From contig JAQBGU010000107.1 in assembly GCA_032128375.1 (NCBI GenBank), positions 64,001 through 128,000 on the forward strand: a stretch of DNA of 64,000 bases. The letters run 5' to 3'. The notes beneath the pieces were generated by a model. That model was not told the origin of the DNA. It did no database searches and was given only the letters and a program-made list of their open reading frames with translations. Shown in pieces: positions 49,641 to 56,447 of this stretch. The stretch comes from Deltaproteobacteria bacterium. GTDB taxonomy: Bacteria > Myxococcota_A > UBA9160 > SMWR01. Position 1 is the stretch's first letter, and each line of letters starts with the position of its first letter. A program made the translations under genes and the position numbers.

Positions 49641-50193
49641 CGACCCGAATGAGGCGCCTGGCTCGCTCGGGTCGATGGGTTCGGAGCCGCCGCCTCTCGA
49701 CCGATCGGCCGCGGCCGCCTTGCCCGGTTCCGTCTGCGGTGAATCGCTGCAAGACGCCCTTTCTCGGGCACGTGGTCACGCGCAAATGGCGGTCGCGGAG
49801 GCACTGGCCGCCATTTTGGCGCTGATCGATGCGGCGGCGCTGGCTGCGTCCGGCGAGCGCGCGAAAGCCCATGGAATCCTCGCCCCCGTAACGCGATTGC
49901 TCGAAGGTCTTCGGAACCAACTCGGCGACCCCGATTACGAGTCAGTCCACTTGATCCAGTCGATCGCAGAAGCGCTGGACGCAGAAATCGTCCGTTGGGA
50001 ACAGCGTGCGCGAGACGACCCGGATGCGCGATCCGTACTCCGTGCATTCCTGGGGTTGAGAGAACTGCTGTGGGAATTCGGTGTACGGAGCGGCGAGACA
50101 CCGGCTACCGACGGGCCAGCCCGACCCAAGAAAGCGAAGCCGAAGTCCGGCGCACGCCGCAAGAACGTCCAGCGCGTCACGGTCGAGGGATGA
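49630..50193 (+). CDS. Hypothetical helical protein
   Basis: ATG overlaps the end of the ATPase gene; Ala/Leu-rich helices, LRAFLGLRELLWEFG, basic tail ending VQRVTVEG. Confidence 0.65.
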   Translation: MSTDDPNEAPGSLGSMGSEPPPLDRSAAAALPGSVCGESLQDALSRARGHAQMAVAEALAAILALIDAAALAASGERAKAHGILAPVTRLLEGLRNQLGDPDYESVHLIQSIAEALDAEIVRWEQRARDDPDARSVLRAFLGLRELLWEFGVRSGETPATDGPARPKKAKPKSGARRKNVQRVTVEG

Positions 50194-50282
50194 GCACGAC
50201 ACAGCTCCCCGAGTTCTGGGCTAGCGTCAATGGCCGGGCGAGAAACCCGTTCCTAACCACGGGATCCGAGGTTCCCCGATGA
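50190..50282 (+). CDS. Possible 30-aa small ORF
   Basis: ATGA overlaps with both flanking genes. Confidence 0.25.
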   Translation: MSTTQLPEFWASVNGRARNPFLTTGSEVPR

Positions 50283-50830
50283 CTGTACTGATCAAGCGCT
50301 ACGCGAACCGCAAGCTGTATAACACGCGAACCAGTCGTTACATCACGCTGAAGGGCATCGGCGAGTTGATCGAAGCCGACGAAGACGTGCGCGTGATCGA
50401 CAACGAGACCGGCGAGGACATCACCAACGTCGCGCTATCACAGATTCTGGTCGGCAACGAGCGCAGTGGCAGTACGGTCTCGAAGACCCTGCTGTCCGAA
50501 CTGATCGGCCGCGGCGGAGACGCAATCTACGGAGCGCTGCGACGCAGTGTCGGCGACGCGAGCGAGAGTATCGAGGAAATACAAAGGGGCGTCCGTCGGA
50601 TCATCAAGAAGAGTGAAGACGACGCCAGCCGAATTGGTGAGTGGATCGCGGTGTCGACCCCTGACTTCGACAAGATCGTAGAGAACGCAATGGAAAGGGT
50701 ATTCAAGTTGCTCGATCTACCACGCCGAAGCGATATCGATGCGCTGAACAGCAATCTGCAACGCGTCGCGGATGCTGTGGAATCGCTTCAGCGCGGTCAG
50801 CGCGCCAAGGAAGAGGACCTGGAGAGCTAG
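50279..50830 (+). CDS. PhaR-like polyhydroxyalkanoate-regulator DNA-binding protein with phasin-like C-terminus
   Basis: LIKRYANRKLYNTRTSRYITL...TGEDIT...LSQI; C-terminal LDLPRRSDIDAL. Confidence 0.88.
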   Translation: MTVLIKRYANRKLYNTRTSRYITLKGIGELIEADEDVRVIDNETGEDITNVALSQILVGNERSGSTVSKTLLSELIGRGGDAIYGALRRSVGDASESIEEIQRGVRRIIKKSEDDASRIGEWIAVSTPDFDKIVENAMERVFKLLDLPRRSDIDALNSNLQRVADAVESLQRGQRAKEEDLES

Positions 50831-50898
50831 GAGTCTGCGCGGTAGAGCGCCCGCTCTAGCGTGCAGGCGACGACGGTGAGAATTCGCCGCAGGTCTCT
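50827..50898. repeat. Dispersed structured repeat (REP/MITE-like), copy 2
   Basis: CTAGGAGTCTGCGCGGTAGAGCGCCCGCTCTAGCGTGCAGGCGA...TTCGCCGCAGGTCTCT; matches 21492-21572. Confidence 0.75.
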
Positions 50899-50904
50899 TG
50901 CGGC

Positions 50905-51903
50905 TCAGTCCCAGACCGAGTCGCGGTCCGCCAGTGCGGTATCGATCAGAACCTGTACCTGCGCGCGCAGCTCCTCGGTGATCCGCGAGACCAAGAGCTC
51001 GTTGGTGGAAGCGTCCGGGGCGACGTGTTCCAGGTCGATCGCGTCGCCGATCCGGATCACCCACTTGGTCGGAAGCGGCAGAGCTCCGAGTGGGCCAAGC
51101 AGCGGGAATGTCGGAGTCACCGGAAAAAATGGCAGCCCCACGACCCGCGCCGGTGTCCCCAACTTGAACAAGATCGGGTGTGCCTCTTCCGGCCCGACGA
51201 TTCCGACTGGGACCAACGGCACGCCCGACTCGAGCGCCACCCGCACCGCGCCGCCTCGGCCGAAACGTTTCAGGCGGTAGCGATCTCGAAAAACCTTGGC
51301 GGCGCCCTTCAAGCCTTCCGGGAACGCGACCACTGATTGTCCTGAAGACAGCAGGCGCTCGGCGTTCTCTCGGCAGGCGCGCACTCCGCCCAATCGCGCC
51401 AGGTACGGCTGGACAAACGGAAGTGTAATCAACCAGTCTGCCACCAGGAAACGTGGGCGGTCGCGGCCGCTGCGTGCACGAGCGATTGCATGGGAAAGCA
51501 TCAATCCGTCATAGGGAAGCAACCCGGAACGGTTCGCAACCAACAGACACGGGCTCGGCGGAACCCGCTCGAGTCCGTGGATTTCGATCCGCCAATAGCG
51601 ATCTTGGAGCAGGTCGAGCAATGGACGGGCGCGCCGCAGCACGACCTCGTCCATACCGAACTCATCGACCTCACCCGAACGCTCGCTCATCCCGATCGCG
51701 CTCGCGCGTCGCCGAATCGTCTGGAACAGCTTCATCCAATCGGTTCGGTCCAGCTCCGACGCGAGCAGCGTCGACTCGTCGCGCGACGCTGAGAAGCGTG
51801 CGCGAATTTCGTGACGCAGGTCGTCGAGCGCCTGCCGGAGAGCTTCGTCTTCGACAGGCAGGTTCGCGATACCCGAGCTATCCAAATCGGTCGTTTCACT
51901 CAT
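50905..51903 (-). CDS. Lysophospholipid acyltransferase (PlsC superfamily) protein
   Basis: VDEFGMD, LVANRSGLLPYDG, AFPEG, FGRGG, VPVGIVG, LPLPTKW. Confidence 0.85.
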   Translation of the reverse strand: MSETTDLDSSGIANLPVEDEALRQALDDLRHEIRARFSASRDESTLLASELDRTDWMKLFQTIRRRASAIGMSERSGEVDEFGMDEVVLRRARPLLDLLQDRYWRIEIHGLERVPPSPCLLVANRSGLLPYDGLMLSHAIARARSGRDRPRFLVADWLITLPFVQPYLARLGGVRACRENAERLLSSGQSVVAFPEGLKGAAKVFRDRYRLKRFGRGGAVRVALESGVPLVPVGIVGPEEAHPILFKLGTPARVVGLPFFPVTPTFPLLGPLGALPLPTKWVIRIGDAIDLEHVAPDASTNELLVSRITEELRAQVQVLIDTALADRDSVWD

Positions 51904-51924
51904 GAGTGTACAATCTATTTGTCA

Positions 51925-52893
51925 TTACCGATATCGCCTCATTCGGCGGGAGGAAACGAACGCGATCCACGCCTCTCGCGTTGTATAGGTTGGTTCACCG
52001 AAGGCGTCCCAGCCTCGTTTTCCGTCGGCCACCCACAGATAGCGAAGGTAATCATAGAACCCTTCGGGTCCATCACCTGTTTGCCCCTGCGACGGGTAGT
52101 AGGCCATTCGGTAGAGCAGGGGCGAAGGCAGCGAGACAATCCGTTTGCCAGCGAGGCGCAGAAGCGTCGAAAGCGGCAGAACTCCACGGCCAACCACATT
52201 GAAGACCCCGGGATGAGACCGCAGCGTTGCGGTCTCGAGCGCGTGAACGCAGTCATCTTCGTGGACACACTGCATCAGCGGGTCGTAGCCCATCAGCTTC
52301 GGTACGACCGGAAGTGCGAAATATCGAACGATGTGATCGTGATAGGTCGGCCCGAAGATCCAACCATTGCGCAGCACCGTGACCTCGGTATTCGGGTTCC
52401 GACGGGACCATTCAGACACGAGCGACTCGACCTCGACCCGATTCTGGATCGAGTGTGCTGCAGGATGACCGTGCAGCGGATGTGATTCGCTCAGGAAGTT
52501 GGGGTTGTCGGGTCTCGGCCCGTAGAGCATCGTCGAGGAAGTAACGACCAGCCGCTTGATCTTCGCGGCCTCGCAGGCATTCATCACATACAGGCTGCCG
52601 ATCGTCTCCAACTCGTGATCAGCTTCCAGGTCCGCGGTCGGCTCCGAACGAAACGCCATGTGGACAACCGCTTCGGCCCGCTCTTGCGTCAGGATCTGCG
52701 CGACGCGGCCGTCAGCTGCCGGGTCTGCCAGGTCGACGGCGCGAAAGCGCACGCGGGGATCGAGCCGGAAGGGTCGTCGGTGATCGAGCCCGATGATCCG
52801 CAGACCCGGCGAGCGAATCAGCAGACGGTCCACCAGTGCGCGCCCCAGGAAGGAGCCGAGCCCAGTGATTGCGATGACGCCGGGTGAACTCAA
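51925..52893 (-). CDS. NAD-dependent epimerase/dehydratase family (extended SDR)
   Basis: ITGLGSFLG, VVHMAF, SSTMLYG, DPLMQCVHEDD; TTG start after GAGGA. Confidence 0.85.
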   Translation of the reverse strand: MSSPGVIAITGLGSFLGRALVDRLLIRSPGLRIIGLDHRRPFRLDPRVRFRAVDLADPAADGRVAQILTQERAEAVVHMAFRSEPTADLEADHELETIGSLYVMNACEAAKIKRLVVTSSTMLYGPRPDNPNFLSESHPLHGHPAAHSIQNRVEVESLVSEWSRRNPNTEVTVLRNGWIFGPTYHDHIVRYFALPVVPKLMGYDPLMQCVHEDDCVHALETATLRSHPGVFNVVGRGVLPLSTLLRLAGKRIVSLPSPLLYRMAYYPSQGQTGDGPEGFYDYLRYLWVADGKRGWDAFGEPTYTTREAWIAFVSSRRMRRYR

Positions 52894-52964
52894 GGGTCCT
52901 CGCGACAGTGTGTTGGCGACGGACTGCTCGATGCCGCCATGGACGTCAGATACCATGCCAAGCG

Positions 52965-54023
52965 ATGCACGCCAAGCGCACAATTGCCGTCGTCGAAGAT
53001 TCTCGCTTTCTCGATCACGTCGGCCCCCCCGGGCACCCCGAACGGCCGGACCGCTTGAACGCCGTTGCTAGCGCCCTCGATGCGCGAACCGAGCCGTTGT
53101 CGCACCTGGCGGCCCGCCCAGCAACGGCCGAAGAAATTCTCCGCGTACACAGCCGCACGCACTTCGACGCAGTCAGCCGAGTCGTTCGGGGGGCACCGGC
53201 CAAATTGGATCCGGACACCTACGTCTCGTCGGACAGCTTCGATGTTGCTCTGCTGGCCGCGGGAGCCAGCGTCGACCTCGCGACGCAAGTTGCGAATCGC
53301 GAGGCCGCCAGCGGATTGGCGGCCGTTCGCCCACCTGGGCACCATGCCGAGAGCGAACGCGCGATGGGATTTTGTCTGTTCAACAACATTGCGATCGCCG
53401 CGCGCGCGCTCCAGGACGATCTCGGCGTCGATCGGATCCTGATCATCGACTGGGATGTTCACCATGGAAATGGAACGCAACATTTTTTCGAAGACGACCC
53501 GAGCGTGCTCTACGTATCGACCCACCAATTTCCGTTTTATCCCGGGACCGGCTCCGTTGGGGAGACCGGAGTGGGCGCCGGTGAGGGATTCACGCTGAAC
53601 ATCCCTTTGCCTGCAGGCTGCGGAGACCCCGAGTACGTTGGCGTCTTCCAGCAGCTGATCGCACCGGCTGCGATCGCGTTTCGGCCGGAGATGATCCTGA
53701 TCTCGGCCGGTTTCGATGCTCATATCGATGACCCGCTGGCATCGATGAACGTCACTGCTGGGGGATTTCGTTCGATGGCCTCGATCGTTCGCTCGCTGGC
53801 CGATGACCTGTCCGGCGGGCGGCTGGCCTTCATCCTGGAGGGTGGCTACTCCGAATCGGGCTTGATCGATGGCGTCGGGTCTGTGATGGATGAAATCGTG
53901 GGAAGCCATCCCACAATTGACCCGCCAGACGTGCTTGCCCCGTACGATTCTGCTCTGCGCAGCGTCGTCAACCACGTATCCGGCATGCACGGGCGCGATT
54001 TCTCGCGCCTGAAAGCGATCTAA
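52965..54023 (+). CDS. Zn-dependent deacetylase (histone deacetylase family)
   Basis: HPERPDR, RPPGHHA, GFCLFNN, DWDVHHGNGT, SAGFDAH, LEGGY. Confidence 0.96.
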   Translation: MHAKRTIAVVEDSRFLDHVGPPGHPERPDRLNAVASALDARTEPLSHLAARPATAEEILRVHSRTHFDAVSRVVRGAPAKLDPDTYVSSDSFDVALLAAGASVDLATQVANREAASGLAAVRPPGHHAESERAMGFCLFNNIAIAARALQDDLGVDRILIIDWDVHHGNGTQHFFEDDPSVLYVSTHQFPFYPGTGSVGETGVGAGEGFTLNIPLPAGCGDPEYVGVFQQLIAPAAIAFRPEMILISAGFDAHIDDPLASMNVTAGGFRSMASIVRSLADDLSGGRLAFILEGGYSESGLIDGVGSVMDEIVGSHPTIDPPDVLAPYDSALRSVVNHVSGMHGRDFSRLKAI

Positions 54024-54058
54024 GTCCGCTAAGCGCTTCAGAAATTTTCGCGATTAGG

Positions 54059-54106
54059 TCGCTTCATCTTGTATCTAATTCTACTGACTACTACGACATA
54101 TTGTGG
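54059..54106. promoter_or_regulatory. Tandem NrdR-box-like sites
   Basis: TCGCTTCATCTTGTAT (54059) and CTACGACATATTGTGG (54091), 32 bp apart, against consensus acaCwAtATaTwGtgt. Confidence 0.45.
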
Positions 54107-54149
54107 CATGTCGAAATACTCCACAACGAATACAAATTAATTGCAATCA

Positions 54150-54250
54150 AAGTGGTTGCGCGTGGTTGCAAAGTGGTTTAAGTAGGTACTGATGTGGGAT
54201 TGAGTGGACCAGGATGGTGCTTGGTGGTGCTGAGTGGTGCTAAGTGGGAA
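54150..54250 (+). promoter_or_regulatory. MraZ-binding direct-repeat array
   Basis: GTGG (or one-mismatch) cores at 54152, 54162, 54173, 54182, 54194, 54204, 54214, 54224, 54234 and 54244, about 10-bp period, upstream of mraZ. Confidence 0.8.
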
Positions 54251-54383
54251 GTAACGAGTTCCTACTACCGAAAATACGACGAAAACATGCTCGCCGAAAA
54301 CATGTTGGCACAGTGAACGAACCCACCAGGCAAGAGCGCAATTTGATGACAATCCGCACAAACAGTCTACCAGGTTTCAAACG

Positions 54384-54839
54384 ATGTTTCGAGGTCGCTA
54401 CTCTCATACGATCGACACGAAGGGTCGCGTGAGTATTCCGTCGGATTTCAGGTCGGAATTGCACCGGCGAAGCGAGCGCGCGCCGATCGTCACAAACGGC
54501 GTGACCCCGGCTGGTGAGTGTCTGTGGCTCTACTCGTACGACGACTGGTGCGCCTATGAGGACCGGATCGTAAATCTATCGCCCGACAATCTCGATGCAC
54601 AGTCTTTTGTTCGCTTCATGGTCTCCGGTGCGACCGAGTGCCCGATCGACAACCAGGGCCGCTCCCTGCTTCCGGGATTCTTGCGCGAGTACGCCAAGCT
54701 CGACCGCGAGGTCACGATTGCTGGCGTCGGAAAACGCATCGAGATTTGGAACAAGACGAAGTTTGACGACGATCAGTTGAATACCCAGGCCCACTTCCAG
54801 CGCATCGCGTCGGTGGTCGCGGAGCTCAGGGATTCGTGA
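54384..54839 (+). CDS. mraZ: Division/cell-wall cluster transcriptional regulator MraZ
   Basis: MFRGRYSHTIDTKGRVSIP, IDNQGR, GVGKRIEIWN. Confidence 0.97.
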   Translation: MFRGRYSHTIDTKGRVSIPSDFRSELHRRSERAPIVTNGVTPAGECLWLYSYDDWCAYEDRIVNLSPDNLDAQSFVRFMVSGATECPIDNQGRSLLPGFLREYAKLDREVTIAGVGKRIEIWNKTKFDDDQLNTQAHFQRIASVVAELRDS

Positions 54840-54847
54840 ATTTTCGG

Positions 54848-54986
54848 TGGGGGGACTGAAGGGATCGGATTCCTTCGGTTGAGAGGTTGGGGTGTGTCCC
54901 CGGAGTACCTCTTCGCGGTGAACGCGAAGTTTCATGGGGGGGACTGAACGTTCCCGCGAGAGGGTATTCCGGGGCACGCCCCAGCC
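54848..54986 (+). ncRNA. Candidate cis-regulatory structured RNA between mraZ and rsmH
   Basis: A 10-bp hairpin plus a roughly 38-bp stem with many G-U pairs; the motif TG6-7ACTGAA occurs twice. Confidence 0.6.
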
Positions 54987-55053
54987 GGCCGGCCGCTGTC
55001 TGCGGCCGCGCCGGTCGCCGGGCAGCGACTGAGCCCGAGACGCCAGAACAGCG

Positions 55054-56037
55054 ATGTCCACAACTCCGCCGCACGTCGATTTTTCTCACCAACCCGCGCT
55101 CTTGGACGAGTGTCTGGAATTTCTGGATCTCGTCCCGGGCTCGGTCGTAGTGGACGGCACCGTGGGCGGCGGCGGACATGCATCGGCGATTCTCGATCGA
55201 ACAGCTCCCAACGGGCGATTGATCGGGCTCGACCGCGATAGCGTGGCCATCGGCGCGGCATCGAGTCGTCTGGAAGACTTTGGAGACCGAGTCACGCTGA
55301 TTCACGAGTCGTTTCGAAATCTCGACGAGGCTTTGACCCGAATCGGAATCGGTCGGGTCGATGCGGTATTGCTCGATTTGGGCGTGTCGTCTCACCAACT
55401 CGACGAGCCGAGCCGCGGTTTTCGATTCGCAGCAGATACCGCCGAACTGGCACCGCTCGACATGCGCATGGATGCAAACAGCGGGGATCCGGCTTCTGAG
55501 TTGCTGCGAAATGCGACGCTTGCGGAACTCGAGGGTTGGTTCCGCGACTACGCTGACCTGCCGGGAGCCCGCAAACTTGCCCATGCGATCGTCGAGGCAC
55601 GGCGCTTCGCGCCGCTCCGCACGGCCGGCGATCTGCTCGCAGTGATCCGGCAGGCGGGAATCGGAAAGGGGCGCAAGCACAACCCCGCGACACTGGTCTT
55701 TCAGGCGCTACGCATCGCAACCAACGACGAACTCCGCGCGCTCGACGATGGCATCGAACAGGCCATCGAATGCCTCGGCGGCGGAGGTCGACTGGTCGTA
55801 CTGGCCTACCACTCCGGTGAGGACCGCCTGGTCAAGAACCGGATTCGAGACGCCGTACGCGGCTGCGTGTGCCCACCGCGCTTGCCAGCCTGCGTATGCG
55901 GGCAGCAGGTGCGATTGAAGAACCTGACTCGCAAGCCGGTCGTGGCGAGTGCCGCCGAGACTCGCGAAAACCCGCGCGCGCGGTCCGCGAAGCTTCGCGC
56001 AGCTGAACGCGTGGCTCCGGCGATCACAGCCGGATGA
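55054..56037 (+). CDS. rsmH: 16S rRNA m4C1402 methyltransferase
   Basis: HQPALL, DGTVGGGGH, DLGVSSHQLD, PLDMRMD, FQALRI, NPRARSAKLR. Confidence 0.97.
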   Translation: MSTTPPHVDFSHQPALLDECLEFLDLVPGSVVVDGTVGGGGHASAILDRTAPNGRLIGLDRDSVAIGAASSRLEDFGDRVTLIHESFRNLDEALTRIGIGRVDAVLLDLGVSSHQLDEPSRGFRFAADTAELAPLDMRMDANSGDPASELLRNATLAELEGWFRDYADLPGARKLAHAIVEARRFAPLRTAGDLLAVIRQAGIGKGRKHNPATLVFQALRIATNDELRALDDGIEQAIECLGGGGRLVVLAYHSGEDRLVKNRIRDAVRGCVCPPRLPACVCGQQVRLKNLTRKPVVASAAETRENPRARSAKLRAAERVAPAITAG

Positions 56038-56447
56038 ATCATGTGATGACTCTCCGCAATGGGCCGCGACGGCCGCGCTTTGGTTTCCTTCGGCAACGCC
56101 GACGCGGCAACACCCACTCACCCATCGGGCGGGATTTCTCCGATTCGCGCGTCGAGCCCCAAGGCCGCCGCTGGTGGGCGGCCGCTCTCGTGGCCGGTGT
56201 GTTGGCCTCCCTGGTGATGGTGCACATTCGAGTGCGGCTGATCGAGGAGGGCTATCAGCGCGCCGCTGCCATCGAACGAGTCGAGAGGTTACTGGCGAAG
56301 CGACAGGTGTTGAAAGCTGAAACTGGAGCCCTGAGAAACCGCGATCGATTGACGGCGCTCGCGAGCGAACGCGGCTTCGAAAAGCCGCAGCGGGAAATAT
56401 GGCTGTCGCAACTGGCGGAGCAGCGGCCAACGGAGCTGCGACCATGA
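56034..56447 (+). CDS. ftsL: Cell division protein FtsL
   Basis: Lies between rsmH and ftsI with ATGA overlaps; single TM followed by a coiled coil. Confidence 0.8.
   Translation: MNHVMTLRNGPRRPRFGFLRQRRRGNTHSPIGRDFSDSRVEPQGRRWWAAALVAGVLASLVMVHIRVRLIEEGYQRAAAIERVERLLAKRQVLKAETGALRNRDRLTALASERGFEKPQREIWLSQLAEQRPTELRP

Noticed and set aside
54848..54986. 6S RNA
   Set aside because: Shorter than typical 6S, no large central bubble, and atypical gene context.
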